From assembly GCA_951406725.2 (NCBI GenBank), contig OX597816.1, positions 91,884,001-91,948,000 on the forward strand: 64,000 bases of DNA. The letters run 5' to 3'. The translations under genes were made by a program, and so were the position numbers. This DNA comes from Octopus vulgaris (lineage: Eukaryota). Below are positions 12,801 to 25,311 of this stretch, one piece after another (position 1 is the stretch's first letter; each line of letters starts with the position of its first letter). The notes beneath the pieces are model-generated. The model had not been told where the DNA came from and searched no databases. It saw nothing but the letters and a program-made list of their open reading frames with translations.

Positions 12801-15800
12801 TTTCTGCAATCACTAGCAAATTAGAACTTATTTATACTTCAGTAAATGGTTTTTTTTAGTGTTTTTGATAAATTTGCTTTTTATACATAAGCTCCTCCTT
12901 ATTGTTGGTAAGTTTCAATGACTAAGGTTAGCTAAATATAACACAACTGCCTGATTATGGGTAATCCTCAAAGTGAAATTGGATTGTGTGGCAGGTCAGT
13001 AAGATACAAGTGAGCCAATTCTTTGACATATTATCACACTATGCAATTGATTTTGCACTTTAGAATAAAAATAAAATCAAAACAACAATGACAAGAAAAA
13101 TTACAGTCTGAGCATTGAAATGGTAAAAAGTATAAATGAATTGTCTATTAAGTGTTTATTGCTTTCACTGGAAAAGTTCCAAGTTATGTACAAATAATCA
13201 AATTAATAAAAAGGCATGTAAAAACATTTAACTACTGATGTCAAAATTGTTCAAGATTTCGTGTAAAACATTTTTATTTTGAAATTATAAATATTTTTCA
13301 TGTTTTAATATATATAGAATTAGTTTTATTTTTGATGTTGGGATAAAGATAAAAAGTTTAATGCTTTGGGTAGATTTAAAAACATTGGGATTAAAAATTG
13401 GGGTGGGGAATAGTTTAAAATACTTTCTCATTTTTTTTTTTAAATAAAATTTGGATACCATGTGGAAATTTAATTACTGATGTTATCTCATTTAAAAAGG
13501 TTCTTCTATTTTTCTCAATGAAATTAATATATTTTAATTAGATCTTAAATAAGTAAAATTAAATTGTACAATCTAGTAAAAACACATGCTATCTCTGCAG
13601 GTGCTTTGGAATTTACATACATTTATGTATAATTGTATATTTATACATAGACATATGAATTGAGAGGATGGATGTTCTATCTACAAGTGCATACAGTTAT
13701 ATACATTAATACAATGTCTCTAATAACCTGAAACCAACTGAACAGATTTAAGAGAAGGTGTTTATTGTCGATATCATATTTTGATTGACTCTGACTCCTC
13801 TTTTATCAGGCATTTGTATTTTAGGTTTATAAAGCAAGCATATTTGACTAGTGACATCAGCAGACAACATCATTGAAACTAAATATTCTGTGTAAATTTT
13901 GATTTGTAGTTCAGCTACTGAGCTATGAAAATTATTGCTTCTCGAATGAGTACTGTTATTGCTTGTCGAATGGGAACTATAATAAAAAGATATCCCTGAA
14001 GAGCAGAATTTATATTTTTGAATATTTTTTTTTCTTTTAAGTTAAGAGCGAACTTTTCACTTTGGAACGAACCGACATTCTTTGTTCATTTACAGCACAG
14101 CCATGTTAACTTAACATAGGTGCTTTGAGAAAGTTGAACACATTTGTTTTTTTCAGTCAACATATATCGATGTTCATAAATTGTTTAATCGATGTTAATT
14201 ACAATTTCTCATCATAAGTTTAAATTTTAACATTTTCTTCACCTTATTTTATCCTTTATTTTGTAATATATTTTCCTCTGTAAAATATTTACAGAGTTCA
14301 CCAGTGGAAGAAATTTTTAAACACTCTGTTATTGCTCAGTGAATATTTAGTGGCAGTCTCATATTTTATATCAGCATGAAAATATATTGCTATAACATTT
14401 GTATATTTTTGCTGTACACATATGTATCCAGAGAGGTCATAATCTGTAAAATAAGACATCAAAGCAAAGATATATAAGGCCAGCTAAGGCTTATTAAAGA
14501 TTTTACAAAGACAATTTTCAGCAGAGAATATTCAATAAATTGCAGATTTTTAAAAGACAATACATTTTTTTTTTTAGATACTTTTTATATAGAATTAATT
14601 TTTAAAAATGTACAGTGTTAATTTTCATAAAACGTTTATATTGCTTGGAATTTAAACTTTATTTTAATATTATTTATATCTTTGAATTTTTTTTTTTTAA
14701 TTGGTTTCTCTTCCTTTCACCTTAGATAATTTCATATTCAGTATATTTGGGAAACTTAATTACTGCCCACTTTTTGTTTTAGAACAAGTCTTTTGCTTTT
14801 AACTATCATTTAGTATATTTCAGTATTTACCTGTTCCAAATCTTATACTATTCTTCTATATGTTTTTCTCATTTTCTCTGGAACTATTTTTATTTTCTCA
14901 TAATTTTTATATATATTATTTCTTTGCAAGTTACAATTGAATTTCTTCAATTTCATTCATCAGTTTCACTGTTCCAGATCTTTCAGTTTCATGCCCTACA
15001 ATATTTATCAAGACAATTCATGCTTTCAAATTTCCTAAGATTTCCATTCCTCAACATTTCAACTTGTCATTTTAAACTGAGGATTTTATTTCATCTGTTT
15101 TACTGATTATCTCTTTGCAGTGATTTATCATATTTAAACGATAATTTAATGTCAATTGATATATATTTTAAACTATTGTTTTTCTTCAGTTGATTAACAA
15201 GAGATCAATGAGTCAGTGATCATATTGATTTTGAACTCTGATCATTTAGTATTTAGTTTCAATGTTCAATCATTAGTGCTTATCATAGTTTCAATTATGG
15301 AAGACTCTTCTTTATTAAATCTCTTTTGAAGATTGCTACGTACAGTTAGTTTTTGCTTAATTTGCTTATTAATTAGAAGAATATTTTGAGATATATTATT
15401 GTGTCCAGAAGAGAAACCATTGTGGTCTTAAATATTTATTGCTGTAATTTCAACTTATCTCACTGTTTAATATCTTATCGAATAATAGAATTGGACAGGA
15501 AAAAAGAAAACATCACCCTTTTTATGTAAATGAGCCATTATAAAATTCTTTTGTGACTTAATGAGTCAAATACAACATTTATCATTTCTCTCATGTCTAG
15601 GAGGTAGACAAAAAAAAAAAAAAAAAAAGAGAGACCCCCTCCCTCCCCTTACAAAAACAATGAGGTAAGAAAAAAGGTGTTTTTTTTTCTAAGAATTTTG
15701 ATTTCATCTATTTTTGACCACATTAGAGGGTTTACATATATAACAAGAGCTTTCATTGGAATCTCCCATTCATTATTATGAACTCAGTAGTCGAAATAGT

Positions 15801-18099
15801 TGAGTTTGATTGATTCTGTTTCTTTTTTTTTTGACATGTTAATGAAATCTTTTTTTTTTTTTAATAGAAGTCAATTTGTAGCTAACAGTTTATTAAGGGT
15901 TAGCTTCTTCCTCCTTAGATTATTACCCCCACCTGCACCCCATTCAGATTATTGAAATGAAGCTTTTTTTTTGTTTTATTATATATAATTGAGCAAGCTA
16001 TGAAAAAAAAATGGGTGAAAAAGATAGTAGTGTATGGTCACCATGTTCAACGATAAACAGAATGAGTTTAATGTCAACCATAACAAGAATAACGTTGAAT
16101 TAGTGTAGAAATTCTAAGGTCATGCATGGAAGTCAGCAAAAAAGAGTATGAGGAATGAAAATTGCAGTTACCTATGTCAAAAGAAGTTGTTTGTGTAGAA
16201 ATTGTTATTATTATTATTAATATTATTATTATTATTATTATTATTGTATGACAAATAGTGTTGGCTGGTGCAAGGTATTTTAATGTGTTCTGGAAATTTT
16301 CAGAAAATCATCAAGTGGTGGTGGTGGGGGGTAATGAATTATTTCTTTGTTTTTAAAAATGTTACTTTCCCAATTGAGATGGTGGGATAATTGCTACTTT
16401 AGACAAGTAGTTCTTCAACTGTTCTTGCATATAATAGGTACTTCAGCCGTTAGTGTATGTAACAATGGAATGTCTCTCATCCAAGTTATGTTACCTAACA
16501 GCAAAACACTTAGGCACCTCAACTGTTAGTGTTACCTAACACATAACAGTTAGGTTATATCAGCTATCAGTGTATTTACTAATGAAGCACCAACTACATC
16601 AGTTGGTAGTAGCTTATAACAACTACATAAAGTCTTTAATTAAAAATAAAATAAGTAACATCTGATGGTTTTAGTTACACACACACACGCACACAAAATG
16701 TATGTTCCCTTAAAAGATGACATATCTTTAAAAGGAGTTAGTGTGTGTGTGTGTGTGTGTGTGTGTTGGGAGAGAGTGACTTGATGTAGACTGGTCATAA
16801 TGTGATTCTGAAATGTGAAAGAATAAATTCCTCTTTTGATCTACACTACTGGTCAAATAAATGAGCAACAGGTGTTTACCCACCTTTCTCTGGTTGTAAA
16901 CACCTGCTGATTGATATAATAAACTTGTGGACATGTCAGACTTTGATTGGGGGGGAAGTGATCAGTTAAGTGCCATTTGAAATTTGATTAACAATATCTC
17001 ATCTGTCTCCCCAGGAACAACAGCAGTGGCTTTATGAGCCAGTTGATACTGCTGTCTTGATGGAGACAAAAATGGAAAAATTGAATAGGAAAATGGGGAG
17101 GGGGGAAATAAAAAAAAAAAAACCATCAGTTATAGTTCATATTCTATGTATGACCATTTTCTTCAGTTTTAGTATTCATTCATTACTATTGCTAGGTTGA
17201 GTTTATTGCTTTTTGATGTATTCTCTTGCTCAAGGAGAATTCCATTTTTTTTCCTTCTTGTGCTTCCTCACTCTTCACATTGCATCCTCAATATTCTGAC
17301 AGAATCATCATGTTAATTATTTACGTATTCTATTATCGTTGTGTTTTTTTCTTCAACTTTCACAATTATTGTATAGTTTTTTGTTTTTTTTTCCTGTACT
17401 GTTTTCTTTTCTTACCACTGTTTTTAATAATTACCAGAAATTTTTTTCAGATTCCATGCAGCAAGGTTAATTGGTATTGCCAACATAAAGTAAGAGGGAG
17501 TTAGAGGGTGAGTGTGGGGGGGAAATGTTTTTTTTTTTATAGAGTACCTGTTAATATTTTTTTAAACTTTTTTTTTTCTTTGCTTTGTATTAATGGACAG
17601 TTGAACCCAGGTGGGTTTAATATTACTATGCTGCATTACCACAAGTTGTCTTCAGTCTGCCTAAAAAAAAAAAAAAAAGGATACAAAAGTTGATTAAAAC
17701 TATGTTGTAATACACATTGTTTTGATTGTACATATTGTGAAATTGGAACATAATAGGAAGCATCTAATTATAAACTCAGACGTTTTCATTAATGTTTAAT
17801 AGAATAGAGACCGTTAGAATGTTTAAAATAGATTGAATCTCAGAAATGGTGCTTTGCAGCTATCTGATTTGCTGAGGAATGTGTATTTGCTGACCTGTGT
17901 TCATCAGAATAGTTTTTTTAAAAATTTAGACATATTTATAACCAAAAATGCAACTCATTCTCTTTCAGGTTTTCTTAATCTTGAAAATGATATTTGAAAA
18001 TTTATGAAAGCTAATAGCAACTTTGAAAAAATAAAAAAAATATGGTAACCATTATCTTCTTGACTTATCATCTTACCTTGTCTTTATCTCTCTTTTTAG

Positions 18100-18183
18100 A
18101 AAAGGCATGGCAGGAACAGCATGAGGCAACTGAGGATCACTGCATGCATGGTAGGCTGTGTCGGAACCGTGGAGCTTGTACAG
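18100..18183 (+). CDS. Strawberry-notch/FORGETTER1-like protein, internal exon (phase 1-1): KAWQEQHEATEDHCMHGRLCRNRGACT
   Basis: Pyrimidine tract and AG at 18098-99, GT at 18184; open frame; W...CMHG..C.....CT matches the C-terminal zinc-binding segment of the SBNO family. Confidence 0.85.
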
Positions 18184-18658
18184 GTTTTGTTCATTTCTTC
18201 TTCAGCTAAAACATATAACAACATTTTATGGTTTAATTTGCTTAGAATATTTATTTCTGAATAAAACACGTGTGTGATGTTCAATGAGTGATTAGGAATA
18301 AGAAGGAATAGAGATAAAGTTTACGATCTGAAATAAGATAGCATTGTCTGAAGGAATTTTTTTTGTTATTTTTAAAGATTTTATCTAAAGAAATCTTGAT
18401 ACCTGTTTTAATGAAGTAAAGTCCATTAATTTAATTGTATAAGTGTATGTGTGCATGAAAAGAAAGTATGAGAGAAGAAACACTGCTTAATAATCTCTGA
18501 AAAGTTTCAGCCATTTTGACTATTTCAGCAATGATTAGCCTGGACGTCTGGTTGTTGAGATTGTATTAGATGTAGTAGTTTTAATTAACAGCAAAAGTAG
18601 TAATGATAACAATTATGCTTAATAACAAATGACAAACAAATTCTTTCCTTTTCCTTAG

Positions 18659-18764
18659 TTGGGAGTCGGTGTTATTTCATGCATCTTCTGTGTGGGAGTA
18701 TTATAACACTAATGTCAGTTTTGGAAGCAGTTATTGCTCGTCACTCATATCAAATGCATCTCAG
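18659..18764 (+). CDS. Strawberry-notch-like protein exon (phase 1-2): VGSRCYFMHLLCGSIITLMSVLEAVIARHSYQMHL
   Basis: ttccttag acceptor, ag/gtaggt donor; joins in frame to both neighbours; matches SBNO G.R.....VLCGSVL.VW..VE.VL. Confidence 0.9.
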
Positions 18765-19562
18765 GTAGGTTGTGAATTTGATTTGCTAAACTATAATCTA
18801 TTATCTCTTCTTACTCATGTTGTTTATAGTTTTCTTTTTCCCCATCTTTCTAATTATTATTATTAATTTTTTTTTGTTGCATTTAAATTTGTGAAAAAAA
18901 GTTATGTGAGATAATGAAAGTCATTTAAGACTGTAAACTTAGTGCAATTGAATTGTTGGTGATGTCTGGTATTAGAAGTTTAATGAGAATTTCATAGAAG
19001 AAATAAAAATAGCATTTAATACTTAAGCACAAACCTGAAATTGTGGTGGGTGTAGGGAGCAAAGTATCAGAAATCAGTCTTCTTCACTGAACACAAAATT
19101 ATAGAAAAAAGGAATTTCTGTTCTAATTTTTCTCATCTTTTATCTTACCTAATCCCTATTCTCTATCTCTACCTTCTGCCCTAAGTATGCCATCTCACTG
19201 CAGAGCATATTTTAATTTTGGCAGACACTCTGAACAGTTCTTAGTCTTTTACTCATGACTATTTCTGCAGTTAAGTATGCCAGTGCATCTGGTGCACTTA
19301 AATTTGTTTCTGTAATCAGTGTCAGGAAATGCAAAATTCTTTGAAATATTTTTTGATGCTGTAAGATATTTAGTTTAAATTACATTTACCTGTCACAAAT
19401 TACATTTACCTTTATTGTATGTAGATTACGGTAATCCAATTACGTTACCTGATACAAATTGCATTTATTTTTATAGTTTGTTGATTGTTACTTGTTGCAT
19501 TAAATGTAATTATTGTTACCATGCTTAAGGTTTAGTTCTGTTTTTGTTCTTTCTTTTTAAAG

Positions 19563-19716
19563 TAAAGCTGAGTCTTCCATTCGAGTTGTACGGATTCAAC
19601 TTAACAATGGTGAGCGTGTTGTTGGTATCCGTTACCCAGAACGTCTCATTGGTGAGGTTGAGAAAGTTCTCAGAGAACATCAGCTTGTCAATCAGTTGCA
19701 GATGATGAATAACAAT
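19563..19716 (+). CDS. Strawberry-notch-like protein exon (phase 2-0): SKAESSIRVVRIQLNNGERVVGIRYPERLIGEVEKVLREHQLVNQLQMMNNN
   Basis: tttttaaag acceptor, gttagt donor; IRVVRIQLNNGERVVGIRYP corresponds to the SBNO MQIVRL.T.DGQRIVG..IP motif. Confidence 0.9.
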
Positions 19717-19866
19717 GTTAGTATCCTTGCTATAATTTACCATATTCTCTATGAAATTTTATTTTTCTGATATGTTACTAGATATTTCTCTGTCATACTG
19801 TCTCTTTCTTTTCCTGTTTTTGTACTATATTTTTTATTGATTATATATTTTTGCTTTTTGTTTCAG

Positions 19867-20481
19867 TCATCAACGCAGACCAATGACACTGTTATACCAA
19901 ATTTTAATTCTTCATCGAACAAGTTCATCATTGAAGCTGCCTCTCCAGTGATTCCAAAATATGTTAACAAGGCATTTACTCCACAATTTAACATGCACTC
20001 GTTTTTCAAGTCTAATCCACGTAGTCATGTGATGCCGTCTTCAATGAGCAGAAGTTCATGTAAAGTAAGACCGATGGAACAAAATCTGGTCAATGATTCC
20101 AACAATCAGCTCATGCCATACAATAGTGCACCAGCACAACATTCCTTATCCATTGCTAGCAGTGCTACAAGTAATAATTTCAATAAAGGAGTGTCTTGTA
20201 GTGCTATTTGCAGCAGCAGTGAGAGCAGTATTACCAGTGATCCTTACAAAATGAACATGTCCCGAAAACGGCGTTTTAACAACTACAGCTTTGATAATTG
20301 CATTGATATGAATAGCAATTGCAAGCAACAAACTCTTGTGTCTCTTTTTGCTAAAAATACTGTCAATAGGCTGGAGAGTCCACTAGTAACTGGCCAGCAG
20401 TGTCCAGTATGCAGCATGAATTTTGAGCTGGGCACCACTAATGATCAGATCAATGCTCATGTTGATAACTGTCTTTTGTAA
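19867..20481 (+). CDS. Terminal exon of the strawberry-notch-like gene: Ser/Asn-rich tail with PIP-box motif, basic patch and C-terminal UBZ4-type zinc finger
   Basis: tttcag acceptor in phase 0 with the previous exon; open frame to TAA at 20479-81; QFNMHSFF, SRKRR and CPVCSMNFELGTTNDQINAHVDNCLL. Confidence 0.88.
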   Translation, partial: SSTQTNDTVIPNFNSSSNKFIIEAASPVIPKYVNKAFTPQFNMHSFFKSNPRSHVMPSSMSRSSCKVRPMEQNLVNDSNNQLMPYNSAPAQHSLSIASSATSNNFNKGVSCSAICSSSESSITSDPYKMNMSRKRRFNNYSFDNCIDMNSNCKQQTLVSLFAKNTVNRLESPLVTGQQCPVCSMNFELGTTNDQINAHVDNCLL

Positions 20482-20593
20482 CAGGCAACTAACTCATTTT
20501 TTTTAAGTTATTCAAAATTGAAAGAAGAAAACATGGAAAAAGGAACGGCACATTTTTTTTTGTTGAATTTTAGTATTGAAGGAGACATACGTA

Positions 20594-20599
20594 AATAAA
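20594..20599 (+). promoter_or_regulatory. Candidate polyadenylation signal AATAAA
   Basis: First AATAAA after the stop codon, followed by a GT-rich tract at about 20641-20660; other AATAAA sites (e.g. 21806) are alternatives. Confidence 0.35.
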
Positions 20600-23500
20600 C
20601 CTAACACTTATATAACATTAAATACTAATTTAAATTAAAAGTTTGTGTTGTTGTTTTTTATTTAGATATTGTGTTCTGAGAGAGAGAGAGAGAGAGCAAT
20701 TGCTTGCAGGGACAAATTAACCTGCTTTTTTTATAAACAAAAATGAAAAAGGGAACACTTCTCCTGAATCTATTTCTTTTGACGTAGTGGTGTATTGTAT
20801 TAGGTTACATCTCACAGTGTTTAGTGTTGACTCCAGTTTCATATGTACAAATTTGGATATCTTTACTAGAAACTTGCAGGTCAGGTCTCTTCCCCACCAC
20901 CAAATTAGAGAAAAAAAAATTTGGTTGAGTGCTATTTGCTGCAATCCTATAATTTGTTTGTCAAAACAATTCCTTCAGTGTACAGCTGCAGGACAGACAT
21001 TTGTCAGAATGGTGTGTATGTGTGTGAGATGTTCATGTATATATGAGAATGTGTGTATCTATATATAATACTGGTAAACATTGGGAAGTTGATGTCATGG
21101 AATTACTAATTCTGTAGCCCTCTTAATACTGCAGTATTAGTTCCAATGTGCAGATATTAAACTTTTGCTGAGCTGATTAGCTCTGTCTACTGAGCATATG
21201 GTTGAAATGACTAATATCTTGTCACCATTGCTGCACTGGCTTATTCTTACTAAATTTTCTAGCTATAAATGGGTACCATTTGAATTATATCCTTTTACTG
21301 TAGGGAGTAGGACTTTAGTTAACATGTATGCTCTAAGTTTGCAGTGCTGAGTTCAAGTCTTGCTTTGAGTTAAGAGAAGGTAGTTTGAAGTATTATATCA
21401 GATTACATCAATAGCTATAAACAGACTATAAATCACTTCAGTGAAGATTGCTATTTAATATCATATTAAATTTACAAGCCTCCCCAACTAAAATTCCACA
21501 ATGATAACATATTGTAAGTTGGTTATATATTATTTTAATATTACAAGTTATTACTAGAGTACTGTAGATTTACATAAGTCAGTTGTTTTGTATACACATA
21601 TTGTAGAGGAATGGAAATATTATTTAGCCACAGGTCAACCCTGATCAAGCAAACTTATGATTGAAGGTATCCCACCCATGATCACCCTTTCTGTTTTTTT
21701 ACAGTTATGTCTAGTAGTATACTAATCCAAGGGAACCTTATATAAAACTGAAGTGTAATTTGAATTGATAGAAATATCAGGCAGGTTAAGTGTTTACTTG
21801 TTATTAATAAATTCTATACACCAATCATACAATGGTTAGTCCACATTACTCCGTAAGGAGCATAGGGCTGGTTTCCCAGTTTATCTGGCATATATATTCC
21901 TTTCTGGACAGGAATTGAAACCACAATCTTAGTCATGAGCCCAACACTGTAATGACAAAGTCACTGCCTCCACACAATTATACTATACTCTACACCAGAA
22001 AAGACTAACCGTATTTCTAAAAATATTTTTTCTTAGTTTTGTAAATCATAGATCCATATCAAATTGGTTCAAATTCCACTGGTTCCTATCTTGATTGATA
22101 AACTAAATACCAGTTATGTACACTGGCCTTGGTACAACAATTATTTTTTGAGACATTCCATGAAGAAGACTAATCTGAATCTATTTGGTTTCTAACATCT
22201 AAAAGGAGCTGATGGTTTTTGGTGTCAATATTTGTTTCCTATGATCTCTCATTGTTTTACAAATGTATCCTATTAATCCTAGTTTATTCTCTTCCTGTAA
22301 GTGTTTGTTCACACCTCATTTTATTGATAACATAAAACTTTTGATACAGAATAAAATATCTTTGATGTGAATGGAGAGCCTCTTCCACATCAGCAATACT
22401 AGAAAGGAAGAAAGTATTTTGTATTGCTGTCTATTATTGAGCTATTTTGTTTAGTCTTGGTCTTTCTCACTACCTTTTCTGTCTCACATACACATACTTG
22501 TTTCAAATGGAATTAGTAGACATAGGTGAGAGGTTCATACGCAAAGTATCGATTCTTTCAGATATTGTTTTACAGCATTTTTTATATGAATAATACAATC
22601 AAATGAACCACCTAAAATCTGAAATTCCATTTAATATCGAACCAGTTTCTCTTCTGTAGACTATGCAGAACTTTATAGAATCTTTAATACAATGTTTGAA
22701 GTCTCAGTTTTTTTCCCCCCAATTTGACTAAACCATTACATTTTTCTAATTTAATCTTACAAATCTGTTGATTGCAGATGAACAAAGATACATAGTTTGT
22801 AAGTTTCATGCTGTCAATGTTATTTGAAGTGAGATTTGCTTAAAGATCAGTCAAATGAGCATTCATTATTTTGCCTCACATAAAATATATTGAATTTTAC
22901 ATAACGAATTAGGATGATTCTTCTGTTTCTATAAATTGACTTATTGCAGACATTAATCTTATACTTTGTTAACCTCTTCACATCCAAGTTTGGTTATTTC
23001 GATTTAGCTTTTTGTCTAACAATCTCATGTGCTGTAGCATGTTCAGATCCAAACTGACAGCAAATAAATCAACTAAGCTTAGATGTTAGCTAGAACTGCA
23101 CTCTTTGTTCCCCAGAGTTTAATGATCAATAATTTGTTGGGTAGTGAGTCGAGTTTCTGTCTTTCTGATTATCATTTCAACTGACATGGTTAGAAATAAC
23201 TTCCTCGTTTCACTGAGGTTTACTCAATTTCTCGCGTCAGTGAAGTGCTTGTATGAATATTTGAAAATACGAGTATCTATTAAGATAGTTTTTGTTTATT
23301 AACTTTTAGTGAATGAATACATTGTGTGAGCATCTAAAAATATTACTTTTGAAGACCAAACTAGTCACATATTTCCATATATCACTAAATATGAAGACCT
23401 TTGTCTTTTTTAATTTTTTTTTACAAAATTCATGGTTTTAGACGATATCATTTGGCTACATTTTATGTAGGATATTTTACTGAGCATAGTCAAACCAAAT

Positions 23501-24490
23501 ACTTTCACACTGTTTAAGTTAATTTACAAACAGAAAATAAGGATTATTGGTCCTGCCCTGATTTCAGCAGATATATATATATGTACACCTGAACAAAGTA
23601 TTTGAAGAGAAACTCTCCATCAGAAATGGATTGTCTTTATTTTATTCAAAAGCACCTTTATTGAACAAGTATATTGTCCAATTTTCAAAATACAAAGAGC
23701 ATTTAGGTTGTTAGTAATAATAATAAAAAATTGAAAAACATTCTTTTATGAATTCTGAAAATAAGATATTGAAAATATTTGCATTATAAATTTTATATAT
23801 ATCAATGGAAAAATTGAGAGGATTTGAAACCTTTGAATTATGATACACAATGTTATAGTTTCTTATTAGTTGCACATAATCAGTTTTGTTTTCAAAATTC
23901 AAAAAGCGTAATCTTCATATTCAAAATGTATTGTATTCGAGACTGAAAATGGTCATTGGAGCTAATGCTTTTTCCATTTGTAATTTTTGACCGCTCTCAT
24001 ATCATTACCCGTACATATTTGAATGACATCCTGCTAGGATTTGAACCTTGTACTTACTTTTGTACTTACTTGTACTTGCGTCGGCGTTCACCCAAGATGA
24101 ATTGAGCCGGTTCCAGTCAGTGAATCCACAACATCACAAACAAAATGACCATATTCTGCGATCACGGACACTCTACGTGGAAATCGTCAACTAGTGGCGA
24201 TTTAAACAACGGACACTTTATATGCGAGGACAAATACTGATTAAAGATCCGACTTGATTGTACTAGTCCCCGTTTCTAGCTTCCCACCACGCCATTACGG
24301 CATCTTATCAACGTTAACAGTGCATTTGCATCCGTGGAAATGCGGTGAAAAATTAGGCGAAACTATCAAAGAAATCGTCCAAAATACATGAATCACATTG
24401 AAAGAAGAAAGAGCTCTCATCGATTGCAAGCTCTCGCTGGTGTCACTAGATCAAAACTGTCAAAGACTGCCATCGCATTATTTTACTCTG

Positions 24491-25311
24491 TTAACTACCC
24501 CCTTAATGGATTATCCCGAGTTTACTCGTGCATCGCAAATTTTTATTTTTAGAACCAGACAAGTATACTCGGTCAAAATTAACTTTTAATTTTAGCACTC
24601 AAACAAGTTTATTTGTTTTGTGTCGTTTCATTTTTGAGCAATCACGAATTTACTCGTCGAAAAAATTTGTGTGGGAAAAAATATAAAAAAGAATTTTTCA
24701 TTTGATGGATTTGGCTATCTGGAATGCTTATGTTTTGTATAAAGCATCTGGAAACCCCAGCTTCTGCTATGAAATCGCTGAAAATTAGAATGCAAATAAT
24801 CACCAAGAATTATTGAAAAATATAGGCCCTTATTGCCTCCCACGAAACCAGGAAGACCATCATCGATCCCACATCCAACAAGATTTGCCCCAGCTGGTCA
24901 CTTTCCCATGGAGATACCTCCAAGTGATTAGAAAAAGAACCCTACAAAACAGTGTGCGAAATGCGCAGAGAAGAGAGACGCTAAAGCAAAGAAGATTCGA
25001 AGAGAAAGCAGATACATGTGTGATGTCTGCAAGGAAACTTCGTGTGTAACTCCTTGTTTTCCAGTGATTTAAAAGCAATACGTCTTATAAAAAATCGAAT
25101 TTAGTTAAGATATATGTATTTTTTCAATGTCCGAGTTAACTCGTTTAAATCCAAATGAGTAAAAGTATAATTTAATTTCTATAATAAAAAATAAAGGAAA
25201 CCCCTTTTTTTGTAATTAACACAGTGTATATAATTAAAAAAAGGAAATTAAAAAATATGCTCTGAAATGAAACGTCAAAATGTCAAAATAATTGACCCTT
25301 TAAGGGGTTAA
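24491..25311 (+). mobile_element. Internally deleted piggyBac element
   Basis: TTAA at both ends; right end ccctttaaggggTTAA, left end TTAActacccccttaatgg; transposase C-terminal remnants FFHLMDLAIWNAYVLY and KNPTKQCAKC...RRESRYMCDVCKETSCVTPCF; subterminal cgagt(t/a)tactcg-like motifs. Confidence 0.85.

Noticed and set aside
13932-13979. 24-bp imperfect tandem duplication; similar short degenerate repeats at 16490-16570 and 19377-19465
   Set aside because: Two or three copies without spacers; ordinary slippage, not CRISPR-like.
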